Shown here one piece after another: positions 41,689 to 50,833 of a stretch of DNA of 64,000 nucleotides. Every line of letters starts with the position of its first letter. Within the stretch, counting starts at the first letter, position 1. The position numbers and the translations under genes are program-made. The notes beneath the pieces were generated by a model. That model worked only from the letters and a program-made list of their open reading frames with translations. It made no database searches and had not been told where the DNA came from. The stretch is from Pseudomonadota bacterium (GTDB lineage: Bacteria; Pseudomonadota; Alphaproteobacteria; Rhizobiales; Xanthobacteraceae): contig JAFEFL010000063.1 in NCBI GenBank assembly GCA_018240595.1, positions 172,701 through 236,700 on the forward strand, read 5' to 3'.

Positions 41689-42228
41689 CAGTAGCTCCGC
41701 TTCTCCACGCTAGATCAGCTCAGTGACCAAGCTTATGCCGATTGAGATTCAATCTCCGCCTCACGAGTGCAACAAGTGCGCCAAGTTATTGCACCGCAAG
41801 AATTCTAGTGAAAGGCGGCGTCGGCTTTATCGGATCGCAACTCCGCGATCTTCTCCTTACCTATTACGCTCTCATACCTGCATAGACTGTTTCCTCACGG
41901 GCTCCAGACGGACTTTATTTCGAAGAGATGCCCAGTTAGGTCGCGCACGCCTTATTCGCTGAGACCGCGTAATATCCATAATGGAGTATTTTGCCTCCTA
42001 TGGGGAATTCTGACCTAATACCGCCAGTTCTGAATTTTCCTTGGCTCAAAATGGCCCAACGCGGAGTGTCGCTTGCGGGAAGCTCGGCTTCGGGTCATTG
42101 AGCGCCGCTCCGTCTCTTCCATGTGCCCGCGGAGACTTTCCGGATGCGGCTAGGTCCGCGGAAAGCGGGCGTTTCGCTCCGACCCGGGAAATCTCTGACT
42201 TGAGATGTGTTGACATGAGAGGAATGCG

Positions 42229-42304
42229 TGGTGGGCCCGGCAGGACTCGAACCTGCAACCAGACCGTTATGAGCGGTCGGCTCTAACCATTGAGCTACGG
42301 GCCC
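42229..42304 (-). tRNA. tRNA-Ile2 (anticodon CAU, lysidine type) with encoded CCA
   Basis: Reverse complement GGGCCCGTAGCTCAATGGTTAGAGCCGACCGCTCATAACGGTCTGGTTGCAGGTTCGAGTCCTGCCGGGCCCACCA; cloverleaf; paired G1-C72 excludes fMet; Ile2 versus elongator Met assigned by resemblance only. Confidence 0.9.
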
Positions 42305-42534
42305 GTCGCCGCCGGCAATCGCCCGCGGGAAACGCACTCATGTAACAAAGCGTGGCCCCCCCACGCAAATGCCGCGGCCCGCAGCGCGCCGCGGATCGGG
42401 GTCGGCGTCTCGCGACGTGCCCCGGTGGCCATGACCTGGAAATGACTCGCTGCTGTGTGGCGCGTCGCGCACGCCCCATGAAATTTCGAGTCGCAAGGCT
42501 TTGGCGTTTTCCCCGACTCAGTTATGCACAAGCA

Positions 42535-43299
42535 ATGCTGCCGATCTTTCGAATCATTTCAGTGGGCGGCGTATCCCTCGCCATTTCAATTCTCGCCCTG
42601 GCGCTCATTCCGCCGGGCGGCACGCATTTGCTGCTGACACCACGCGAGATCGCCGCGCGAGGGGTCATGATCGAGCGCGGTCAGCATCCGGAATGGCGGC
42701 AATTCATGATCCAGGCGGCGCTGCGCCGCGCCGATGAGCTCGAACGGCTGCGCAGCCTCCCCTCAGCCGCGGTGCAACTGCCGGAGGCCGCGGCGCCGGC
42801 CGAGGACAAGGCCACAGCGGCCGAATCGGCGAAGGAAGAACAGACCGCCGGTTTGCAATCCGCAGCCCAGCCGGCCACGACCGGAGAAGTCACGGGCTCA
42901 ATCAACAACGCGAACAACGACAATCCGGGCGCCACCATCCCGATCGATATCGGCGAAGCGTCATCGACCGAGTTGCCGGTCGAGCCCGCCGAGGAACGAC
43001 CGCCGGTCAGCGGTGTGCGGGACTCGCGCGTGCCGGAGCCGGATGTCGCAGCGCCTCCGAGCGTCCCGGCGGTCGAGACGCGGGAGTCCGTTCTGCCGCC
43101 GGCCAAGCCGAAGATCCGGGTGATGCAGCGCCGCCCGCGTCACAAGAGTGTGCGGCCCGCTCCGCAGGCGGCGGCCAAGCCTCAGGTGCCACCGCCGTTC
43201 AGCCTGATCGCGGCGATCTTCAGCAGCCTCAGCCGTCCCGAGACCTCGGCGGCGCCTAACCAGCAGACGGCGGCCAATGGCCCCGGCAGCGCGCGGTAG
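42535..43299 (+). CDS. Hypothetical membrane-anchored Pro/Ala-rich protein
   Basis: N-terminal TM segment, EHPEWRQF-like block, long low-complexity tail. Confidence 0.7.
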   Translation: MLPIFRIISVGGVSLAISILALALIPPGGTHLLLTPREIAARGVMIERGQHPEWRQFMIQAALRRADELERLRSLPSAAVQLPEAAAPAEDKATAAESAKEEQTAGLQSAAQPATTGEVTGSINNANNDNPGATIPIDIGEASSTELPVEPAEERPPVSGVRDSRVPEPDVAAPPSVPAVETRESVLPPAKPKIRVMQRRPRHKSVRPAPQAAAKPQVPPPFSLIAAIFSSLSRPETSAAPNQQTAANGPGSAR

Positions 43300-43369
43300 C
43301 GGCGCGCGACGATCGGCGCATCGAATCCTGAATTAAAGACAATAGGCGCCGGCGTGCGCCGCTGTGGTC

Positions 43370-44005
43370 TCAGTGCGAACTGACGAGGGCCGCGTCGCCG
43401 GTGTCGACGCGATCGGCGCGCGCCTCGCTCGGGCCGGGCTCGTCGTCGTCTTTGACCGCCTGGCCCGTAGTCGCATCGGCCGCGGCCAAGCTCGCTGTCG
43501 TTTCGGCATGGGCGGCGATCGCAGCCTCCTTGCCGGGCGACAAGGCCGCGGTGGTCTCCGCGGTCGGCATCGCCATGCCCTTGCGCTTGGCGACATAGTA
43601 ATAGCCGCCGGCATAGTAGCGCACGGCGCGGTCGATATTGCCGCTGGCCGCCCGATAAGCACCGGCGAGGTACTTGACCGCATAAGTCATGTTCGTGTCG
43701 GCATCGAGCAGGCCGGCAGCCGTACCTTGATAGCCCATCGCCCGCGCCGTTCCGAGACGGATCTGCATCAGGCCGTAATTGCCCTTGCTGATGACGCGCG
43801 GATTGCCGCGGCTTTCACGATGAATCACACGGCGCACGAGCGCTTCCGGCACATTGTGCGCGGCGGCGTGCTTGGCGATCAGCGCGTCGAGACCATTGCC
43901 ATTGCCATCGATGTTCTTGCTGCGGCTTTGCGCCATCACCGACGTCGTCGTGAAGGCGGCGAGGATGAGCAGAGCGAACGAAAATCGGTGGCAAACGCTG
44001 CGCAT
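43370..44005 (-). CDS. Lytic transglycosylase (SLT domain) protein
   Basis: Signal peptide; VIHRESRGNP catalytic Glu; YGLMQI; YLAGAY. Confidence 0.88.
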   Translation of the reverse strand: MRSVCHRFSFALLILAAFTTTSVMAQSRSKNIDGNGNGLDALIAKHAAAHNVPEALVRRVIHRESRGNPRVISKGNYGLMQIRLGTARAMGYQGTAAGLLDADTNMTYAVKYLAGAYRAASGNIDRAVRYYAGGYYYVAKRKGMAMPTAETTAALSPGKEAAIAAHAETTASLAAADATTGQAVKDDDEPGPSEARADRVDTGDAALVSSH

Positions 44006-44096
44006 GACCTCGTCTCCGTTGTTGTTGGGGGAAGGCGCCTTTTGGCCACGGACTCGGGCAACTTTGTGGCCGGATTCCACGCCTTCGGGCATGTCT

Positions 44097-44110
44097 TTGA
44101 TCCAGATCAA
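44097..44110. promoter_or_regulatory. Perfect FNR/FixK box
   Basis: TTGAT-CCAG-ATCAA, centred about 65 bp upstream of the ATG at 44169. Confidence 0.75.
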
Positions 44111-44168
44111 GGGGAAAAAGGGGCGATTTGCCTAGTTTCGCGACAAATGGAACCGGGGGAGTCGCTCA

Positions 44169-44276
44169 ATGCCGACAGATTCGTTGGTCGTCACCGTGGG
44201 GGTCGTCGTGGCGTTTGCCATATTTGCCATCGTTCTGGCGTGGGCCGACCACAGAACGCGCAAAACCGGGATTTGA
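44169..44276 (+). CDS. 35-aa single-pass membrane protein (below ORF-track cutoff)
   Basis: GGGGGAG RBS; MPTDSLVVTVGVVVAFAIFAIVLAWADHRTRKTGI*; one TM helix followed by a basic tail. Confidence 0.65.
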   Translation: MPTDSLVVTVGVVVAFAIFAIVLAWADHRTRKTGI

Positions 44277-44395
44277 TCCGCGCGCCGGCCTCGATTTCTT
44301 AGTGGTTGGCTGAATCCGCAAATCCGGCTAATTCCGGCTCCTGACCCTCGCGCGAACAGCGCTCATCGAGTCAGGTTGCGGAGGCGCTGCGCCGT

Positions 44396-45655
44396 ATGCG
44401 GAAAAGTCTGCGTCCGATCGCGTCGCTGCTGCTCGGCATCGGGTTTCTGCTGTCAGGCAACGGGCTTCTGTTCACGCTGCTGCCGCTGCGCGGCACCGCG
44501 GAGCATTTCGGCGCCTTCGCGCTGGGCCTGATCGGTTCATCCTATTATGTCGGCTTTGTCGCGGGCTGCATCCTCGCGCCCTTCGTGGTGCAGAGCGCCG
44601 GCCACATCCGTGCCTTCTCAGCGTTGGTCGCGCTCGCGGTGGCCGCCTCGCTCGCCTACGAACTCGCGCCGCATCCGCAGACATGGGCGGCGCTGCGCCT
44701 CATCAACGGCTTTTGCCTCGCCGGCATTTACCTGGTGGTGGAAAGCTGGCTCAACAGCGGCACTAACAACGAGACGCGCGGTCTCGTGATGTCGACCTAC
44801 GTCGTCGTGAACTACGGCGCCTTCACCATCGGCCAATCGCTAGTGACTTTGTATCCGATCACAGCCGCCGGCGATTTCATGATCGCGGCCATGCTTGGCG
44901 CGCTCGGCATCATTCCCGTGGCGCTGACCCGGTCGGCGCAGCCGGCGCCGATCAAGGTCGTACGCTTCCGCCCGGTGCAGCTTTATCGCGCCGCGCCGGT
45001 GGGTTTGGTCGCGAGTTCGATGATCGGCGTGGTCAGCGGCTCGTTCTGGAGTCTCGGCGCGATCTCGGCCGCCGGCAGCGGCCTCGATGTCGGCCATGTC
45101 GCGATGTTCATGAGCGCCGCGACCTTGGCGGGTGCCGTCAGCCAGTGGCCCGTCGGGCGCCTGTCGGACCGCGTCGACCGGCGCATGGTGCTGTTGGCCT
45201 TGCTGGTCAGCGCATCGGTGGTCGGATTTCTGTTGTGGCTGACGGCCGCGAGCGGCCCGCTTCTGCTCGTGTTCGGGCTGCTGTTCGGCGGGCTGGCGCT
45301 GCCAACCTATTCGCTCGCCGCCGCGCACGCCTACGACCGAACGCCGGCGAGCGAAACCGTGCCGACGGCGGCCACCATCCTGCTGGTCAACGCCGCGGGC
45401 GCCGTGATTGGCCCGCTGATCGCCTCGGCGATCATGGGCGCGCTCGATCCGCGTGCGCTGTTCCTGTTCACCGCGGCCACGCATGCGCTGCTCGCGGTCT
45501 ACGTGTTCTATCGCACCAAGGTGAAAACTTCGGCGGCGGCCGACGCGAAGGTCGGCTTCGGCATGGCCGCCAGCACGCCGATGACGACGATGCGCGCCGC
45601 GGAAGCTGAAGACGAAAAAAGCGACGCGCCGCCGAGCGAGCCCGTCGCCAAATAA
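44396..45655 (+). CDS. MFS transporter
   Basis: About 12 hydrophobic segments; GHIRAF, VESWLN, GRLSDRVDRR motifs. Confidence 0.9.
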   Translation: MRKSLRPIASLLLGIGFLLSGNGLLFTLLPLRGTAEHFGAFALGLIGSSYYVGFVAGCILAPFVVQSAGHIRAFSALVALAVAASLAYELAPHPQTWAALRLINGFCLAGIYLVVESWLNSGTNNETRGLVMSTYVVVNYGAFTIGQSLVTLYPITAAGDFMIAAMLGALGIIPVALTRSAQPAPIKVVRFRPVQLYRAAPVGLVASSMIGVVSGSFWSLGAISAAGSGLDVGHVAMFMSAATLAGAVSQWPVGRLSDRVDRRMVLLALLVSASVVGFLLWLTAASGPLLLVFGLLFGGLALPTYSLAAAHAYDRTPASETVPTAATILLVNAAGAVIGPLIASAIMGALDPRALFLFTAATHALLAVYVFYRTKVKTSAAADAKVGFGMAASTPMTTMRAAEAEDEKSDAPPSEPVAK

Positions 45656-45657
45656 AA

Positions 45658-45689
45658 ATGCCGGACGGACCGCGAGGTCCATCCGGCAT
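45658..45689. terminator. Hairpin terminator between convergent genes
   Basis: ATGCCGGA-C-GGACC-GCGA-GGTCC-A-TCCGGCAT with an A-run on the left flank. Confidence 0.7.
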
Positions 45690-45709
45690 CTTCAACGCGT
45701 CAAACTTGC

Positions 45710-45883
45710 TCAGACGTCCGCGAACGGATACTTGCGGCGGGCATCCTGGGTCTGCTGCAGCGCCTCGGCGAGGACTTCGCAGAACATCGAAAAGTAGCGG
45801 GCGAAGCCACCGCCGGCCTGCGCGACAGCCGTCCAGTCGCTGGCGGTGTCGAGGGTCTTGGTATCAGCAACGGTCATCGTCAT
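45710..45883 (-). CDS. Small hypothetical protein (57 aa)
   Basis: AAAGGA RBS; amphipathic FARYFSMFCEVLAEA…RRKYPF. Confidence 0.6.
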   Translation of the reverse strand: MTMTVADTKTLDTASDWTAVAQAGGGFARYFSMFCEVLAEALQQTQDARRKYPFADV

Positions 45884-45896
45884 TCGTCCTTTGGAA

Positions 45897-46130
45897 TTAC
45901 AGACGAGCCGACGACGACAGGAAGCGGCGCTCGATCTCGCGCTCGGCCTCGTCGGTGAACTTGCCGCCGGTCTCGGTGATGTAGCGGGCGACATCGCGCT
46001 CGGCCTGGCGCATACGCGCGGCCATCAGCGTGTCGAGCATGCGGGCGACGAAACCGCGCTTGCGGGTCGTCTTGGCCGGCGCATAAGTGGCGGCAAAGGC
46101 CGCTTCGACGGAAGACGGGGTGTAAGACAT
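45897..46130 (-). CDS. Small Arg-rich hypothetical protein (77 aa)
   Basis: GGAGAG RBS; RGFVARMLDTLMAARMRQAERDVARY helix. Confidence 0.7.
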   Translation of the reverse strand: MSYTPSSVEAAFAATYAPAKTTRKRGFVARMLDTLMAARMRQAERDVARYITETGGKFTDEAEREIERRFLSSSARL

Positions 46131-46541
46131 GGTATCTCTCCAATTCCGCCCCGCATCGTCCATGGTGCAGAGCATCAAAACCTTGTTGCAATGCAATATA
46201 GTCCGATACCGAAGTTGAGCTAGGTGCACTGCAACATGAGACGCATGCGATTTGTGCATGCACTACGAAACGGCATTCAGGAAGATTCAGGCCACTCGAC
46301 GCTAGGAATAGCCACTTCCGAGGCCAGTTTTGCCATCCGGCGCGTTTCTTTAGTGAAAAGTTAACGAAACGGCCCTTCCCGCTGCCTTGGATATAGGCCA
46401 CAAGTGCATAGCTATTACTCGGGTGGCCCAGATGCGGCCGCCGAACCATCGGAAATCAGGCGCTTCGCCCCCGAATCGACCCGGGACCACGTTGGCTGTA
46501 ACTACAGCCCGCGGCGACTCCCCCCTCGCAAGGAATGAATC

Positions 46542-46796
46542 ATGGCCAAAAAGCCCGGCACCAACCCCAAGGGCGAATTCGTCCTGTTCGATGTCCAGTA
46601 CGAAGACGGCTCGCAGCGCTCCAACCGTCGGGTTCCCGCCGAACTGCTGAGCGGCCTGGAAAAGGATGAGCCGGCGCTCGGCTTCCTGATCGAGCAGGAC
46701 CGCGACATTGCCGAGAAATCCGGACGCAGCCCGCTCGCCATCAAGTCGATTTCGCGGGTTGGCGCCAAGCCGAAGAAAGTCATGAACGTCAAATGA
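46542..46796 (+). CDS. Conserved-looking hypothetical protein (84 aa)
   Basis: AAGGA RBS; LFDVQYEDGSQRSNRRVP; host-like codon usage. Confidence 0.75.
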   Translation: MAKKPGTNPKGEFVLFDVQYEDGSQRSNRRVPAELLSGLEKDEPALGFLIEQDRDIAEKSGRSPLAIKSISRVGAKPKKVMNVK

Positions 46797-46881
46797 CGGC
46801 TGCGAGATGATGGCCATCACATCGGAGGCACGGATTTAGCGCTTCAATGGCTAGGTTCGCCTTGAACCGTGAGGTCCCGCC

Positions 46882-47820
46882 ATGCGCCGCATTGCCGCCA
46901 GATTTCTTGCCGCTGCCGTCCTTCTGTCCTTCCTTACAGCCAGCTTCGCCAACGCCCAGGACCGCGATATCGCCGGCGCGCGCGATTATCCGGGCATCGG
47001 CCGCTTCGGCGGCAGCGTCATCACCGGCTATGAGGCCAAGGACTTCGACGCGGTGAAGCTGCAGGCCGCGCCGTTCAAGGACGGCAAGCCGACCGATGCG
47101 CGAACCATCGAAGGCCGCGTCACCCGCATCGCCTATCGCACCGGGCCTGGGCCCTCGATCCTCGAAGTGTCGCGCAACTTCGAGAACCAGCTCAGCAAGG
47201 CCGGCTTCGAACCGCTGCTCGCCTGCAACACCGACGACTGCGGCGGCATTCCCTTCACCGAGAAGATCGACGTGCTGCCGGTCCCCGCCATGTGGGTCGA
47301 CGGCTTCGATTTCCGCTACGTCGCCGCACACAAGCGTGACGGCAACGCCGACATCTACGCGACGGTGGTGACCAGCAAGAACAACGACAACATCACCGCG
47401 CAAGTCGTCGTCGCGGTGGTTGGCGCGATGGACAACAAGATGGTCGATGCGGCGGCGATGGCCAAGGGCCTCGGCGACAAGGGCCACATCGCGCTCTACG
47501 GCATCTATTTCGACACCGACAAGGCGACCATCAAGCCGGAGAGCGCACCGACGCTCGGCGAAATGGCGAAGCTGCTCAACGGTCAGCCCGCGCTCAATGT
47601 CTATATCGTCGGCCACACCGACAACCAGGGCAGCTACGAGCACAATATGACGCTGTCCCGGCAACGCGCAGAGGCGGTCGCTGCTGCTCTGGCGGGGAGC
47701 TACAAGATCGCGCGCGGGCGGATGAAAACCGCGGGTCTCGGCTTTCTCGCGCCCGTCGGCTCCAATGCCACCGAGGAAGGCCGCGCCCTCAACCGCCGCG
47801 TGGAACTGGTGGAACCCTGA
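46882..47820 (+). CDS. Exported OmpA-family peptidoglycan-binding protein with N-terminal periplasmic domain
   Basis: Signal peptide; IYFDTDKA, IVGHTDNQG, LSRQRAEAV, NRRVELV. Confidence 0.9.
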   Translation: MRRIAARFLAAAVLLSFLTASFANAQDRDIAGARDYPGIGRFGGSVITGYEAKDFDAVKLQAAPFKDGKPTDARTIEGRVTRIAYRTGPGPSILEVSRNFENQLSKAGFEPLLACNTDDCGGIPFTEKIDVLPVPAMWVDGFDFRYVAAHKRDGNADIYATVVTSKNNDNITAQVVVAVVGAMDNKMVDAAAMAKGLGDKGHIALYGIYFDTDKATIKPESAPTLGEMAKLLNGQPALNVYIVGHTDNQGSYEHNMTLSRQRAEAVAAALAGSYKIARGRMKTAGLGFLAPVGSNATEEGRALNRRVELVEP

Positions 47821-47928
47821 TCAACAAACGTTGCAGAGGTATCGCGCGATAGCAGCGGGAGTCAGCTATGAAACATCCGGGGCGCCGATGACGTTGCCTG
47901 AGCGGATGGCGAAGCGTAATTTGAAAAA

Positions 47929-48231
47929 ATGAAAGCGTTGCGCCTTCCCCTGCTCCGCCTGCTGGCGATCAATCTTGCGATCGGCATCATCGCCGCCATC
48001 GTCATGATCGGCGGACTGATGTGGCTGAACCCGGCACACTTGCGCGACCTGATCCTGGCCGACCGGGGCGGGGCCGCGGCGTTCGCGCTGCTGCTGTTCG
48101 GCCTGATCGTCACCTTCGGCAGCGTCGCCATGGGCACCGCCATCATGGCCTTGGGCCGCAAACCGAAACCGCCGGCACCCGGCGGCGGTAAAGCGTCCCC
48201 GGTTCTCGTCCGCGCGGCGGCCCGCCGCTAG
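47929..48231 (+). CDS. Hypothetical membrane protein (2 TM)
   Basis: Two hydrophobic helices; basic Pro-rich tail. Confidence 0.7.
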   Translation: MKALRLPLLRLLAINLAIGIIAAIVMIGGLMWLNPAHLRDLILADRGGAAAFALLLFGLIVTFGSVAMGTAIMALGRKPKPPAPGGGKASPVLVRAAARR

Positions 48232-49040
48232 TTGGGATTGGCCCCGAGCTTCTCGGCGAACAGCACGATGGTCTTGCGGTAGATCTCCGAGCGGTTCCAC
48301 TCGCGCATCACCTGGAAATTCTCCGAGCCCTCGGCGAAGCGCTGGCCGGTGCGCCAGCCATTGACGCGGAGCAAGTTCGCCGTCGAGGCCAGCACGTCCG
48401 GCACCGAGTGGCGCAGATCGACATGGCCGTTGCCGTCGTAATCGACGCCGTACTTGATGTAGCTCGACGGCAGGAACTGGGTCTGCCCGATCTCGCCGGC
48501 GAAGGCGCCCTTCAGATCGGACAGCGGCAGGTCGCCGCGGTTGAGGATCTGCAGCGCCGCGATCAATTCGCCCTGGAACAGCTCGGTACGCCGGCAGTCA
48601 TGGGCCAGCGTCGCCAGCGTGCGCACGACGGGCAGCTTGCCCATGTCGCCGCCGCCATTGTCGGTCTCCAGCGTCCACACCGCCATCAGGATCTCTTTCG
48701 GCACGCCGAACTGCCGCTCGATGCGCGACAGCAACTGCGCGTGTTTCTGCATCAGCGCCGTGGCGCGTTTGATGCGGGCGGGGATGACGCGGGTGCGCGC
48801 GTACTCCTCGAAGCTCTTGCGGAAGGTGTAACGCTGGCGCTTGTCGAAGGCGAGGACCTCCGGGTCGATCGACAGGCCGGCGAAAGCCTGGCTGATCACC
48901 TGCGACGACACGCCGGCGGCGCGCGCCTCACCGCCCATCTGCTGCAGGAAGCCGTTGAAGTCGCCGCCGCACTTGGCGGCCTGGGCGGAGGAGGCGAACA
49001 GCGAGGTCAGGAGAAGCGCGACGGCGAGGTGTTTTTTCAT
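48228..49040 (-). CDS. Lytic murein transglycosylase (MltB/SLT_2 family)
   Basis: Signal peptide; VWTLETDNG, GAFAGEIGQTQFLPSSY, DYDGNGHVDL. Confidence 0.9.
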   Translation of the reverse strand: MKKHLAVALLLTSLFASSAQAAKCGGDFNGFLQQMGGEARAAGVSSQVISQAFAGLSIDPEVLAFDKRQRYTFRKSFEEYARTRVIPARIKRATALMQKHAQLLSRIERQFGVPKEILMAVWTLETDNGGGDMGKLPVVRTLATLAHDCRRTELFQGELIAALQILNRGDLPLSDLKGAFAGEIGQTQFLPSSYIKYGVDYDGNGHVDLRHSVPDVLASTANLLRVNGWRTGQRFAEGSENFQVMREWNRSEIYRKTIVLFAEKLGANPN

Positions 49041-49057
49041 GGCGTTATCCAGCACAC

Positions 49058-49128
49058 CCGTTCGTTCCCGCGCAAGCGGGAACCCATCTTTTGAGAGACT
49101 GGGTCCCCGCTTTCGCGGGGACGAACGG
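49058..49128. repeat. Inverted REP-like doublet
   Basis: CCGTTCGTTCCCGCGCAAGCGGGAACCCA-N13-TGGGTCCCCGCTTTCGCGGGGACGAACGG; the two halves are near reverse complements, each a hairpin. Confidence 0.85.
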
Positions 49129-49157
49129 AGAATAAGCGATGGCCGTCGAGACCTCCC

Positions 49158-50360
49158 TCACGCCGGCACCGTCTGTGCCAGATAGTCGATCGCCGCAGCG
49201 CCGCCGCCGGAACCGTGCGGCAGCTTGAGCGCCTTCATGCCGATCTCCACCGCGCTCAGGGTGCCGAGCACCATCGGCGCGTTGACATGGCCCATATGGG
49301 CGATGCGGAAGCCGCGGCCCTCGGTCTTGCCGAGGGCGCGGCCGAGCACGACGCCGCACTTGTTCTGGCAGTAATCGACCAAAGCCTGCGCGCTCTCGCC
49401 GCCGCGGGTGATCACCGGCGTCACCGTGTCGCAACGCTCGGACGCCTCGCTGACGTTGAAGTCGAAAGTCTGGCCCTCCGACCACACCGCCACGGCGCGG
49501 CGCGTCGCCTCGGCCAGCGCGCGATGCCGCGCGAACACGTTGTCCTGGCCTTCGCTGAAGATGAGATCGAACGCGGCGCGCAGGCCGAACAGCAACGGCT
49601 CCGGCGGCGTGCCGCAATATTTCTGGTAGTGCACCGGCCCGTCGCGGAAGGTCCAGTCCCAATAGGGCGTGCGCATGTTCGCCTTCTTGTGCGCCTCCCG
49701 GGCCCGGGGGCCGGCGGCGGCGAAGCCGAGACCCGGCGGCGTCATCAGCCCTTTCTGCGAACCGGACATCGAGACATCGACGCCCCACTTGTCCATCTCG
49801 AACGGCACGCAGCCGAGCGAGGCCACCGTGTCGACGCAGAACAGCGCGTCGTGGCCGGCGGCGCGGATCGCCTCGCCGATCGCCTTGATGTCGTTGATGA
49901 CGCCCGAGGCGGTGTCGATCTGCGCCACCAGGATGGCCTTGATCTCGCCCTTGGTGTCGGCGCGCAGCCGCTTCTCGACCTGGTCCGGCTGCACGGCGCG
50001 GCGGAAATCGCCGGGCAGGATCTCGACCTCGGCGCCGAGCATCTTGGCCGCCTCGCCCCAGCCGATGGCGAAACGGCCGCTTTCCAGCACCAGCACCTTG
50101 TCGCCACGCGACAGCACATTGGTGAGCGCCGCTTCCCAGGCGCCGTGACCGTTGGCGGCGTAGATGTAGCAGCGGCCCTCGGTGGCGAAGATGCGCTTCA
50201 GATCGCGCAGCAGCGAATCCGTGAGCGCGACCATCGGCCCGGTGTAGATGTCGAGCATCGGCCGGTGCATCGCCTGCAGCACGGCATCGGGAACGTTGGT
50301 CGGGCCCGGAATGGCGAGGAATTCGCGGCCGGCGGCGACGGACGAGACTGGTTCGGACAT
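49158..50360 (-). CDS. Class V PLP aminotransferase (serine/alanine:glyoxylate family)
   Basis: LAIPGPTNVP, DTVASLG, SGSQKGLMTPPG, FRIAHMG. Confidence 0.92.
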   Translation of the reverse strand: MSEPVSSVAAGREFLAIPGPTNVPDAVLQAMHRPMLDIYTGPMVALTDSLLRDLKRIFATEGRCYIYAANGHGAWEAALTNVLSRGDKVLVLESGRFAIGWGEAAKMLGAEVEILPGDFRRAVQPDQVEKRLRADTKGEIKAILVAQIDTASGVINDIKAIGEAIRAAGHDALFCVDTVASLGCVPFEMDKWGVDVSMSGSQKGLMTPPGLGFAAAGPRAREAHKKANMRTPYWDWTFRDGPVHYQKYCGTPPEPLLFGLRAAFDLIFSEGQDNVFARHRALAEATRRAVAVWSEGQTFDFNVSEASERCDTVTPVITRGGESAQALVDYCQNKCGVVLGRALGKTEGRGFRIAHMGHVNAPMVLGTLSAVEIGMKALKLPHGSGGGAAAIDYLAQTVPA

Positions 50361-50442
50361 GCGGGGAAGAAACCTTCTGCGGAAGGCCGCTCCCTAGCAT
50401 GATTTGCCTGGCCCGGTTGATCACGATTCTTGATCGATTCCA

Positions 50443-50820
50443 TCAGCGTTTCGGCAGCTCCGGCGCGGCGGGGGCGGCGGCGGCCGTCTCGGCGGCGCGG
50501 CGCTCGTGGAACGCACGGGCAGCCTGCATGTCGTCGAGCAGGCGGCGCCTCATCCGGGCATCGCGCCGCGCGGCGATCTGCGGCGGCACGTCGTCCTCCG
50601 GCGGCAGCGGCGGCGCCGCGGCGCATTCGATATCCGGCGCGAAGCAGCGCCGGGAGCGCCGGCACATGGCGTGCTCGCAACCCTGCCACCAGCGCTGCTG
50701 ATCCGCGATGAGCCGCATGATCTTGCGCGCGAGGCGCAGGCGCTGCGTGTCGATATCCTGCGGCTTCGTATCGTCGTTATCGTCCCGGTCGGGACGCCGG
50801 CTGTCGCTCATGCGCGGCAT
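50443..50820 (-). CDS. Small hypothetical protein with C-x4-C-x5-C-x6-C motif
   Basis: GGAG RBS 8 nt before ATG; WWQGCEHAMCRRSRRCFAPDIEC; 125 aa. Confidence 0.65.
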   Translation of the reverse strand: MPRMSDSRRPDRDDNDDTKPQDIDTQRLRLARKIMRLIADQQRWWQGCEHAMCRRSRRCFAPDIECAAAPPLPPEDDVPPQIAARRDARMRRRLLDDMQAARAFHERRAAETAAAAPAAPELPKR

Positions 50821-50833
50821 GATGCTGTCTCCA

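Noticed and set aside
41700-42228. Integrase or transposase remnant beside the tRNA
   Set aside because: No recognisable tyrosine/serine recombinase or transposase fragment in the frames examined, and no att duplication found by eye.
42229-42304. Initiator or elongator tRNA-Met
   Set aside because: Paired G1-C72 rules out fMet, and the overall sequence resembles Ile2 tRNAs; a TFAM/tRNAscan isotype model would settle it.
50417-50441. FNR-like box or TTGATC direct repeat upstream of the class V aminotransferase
   Set aside because: TTGAT-CACG-ATTCT lacks the second half-site, and two short copies are not enough to call a motif.
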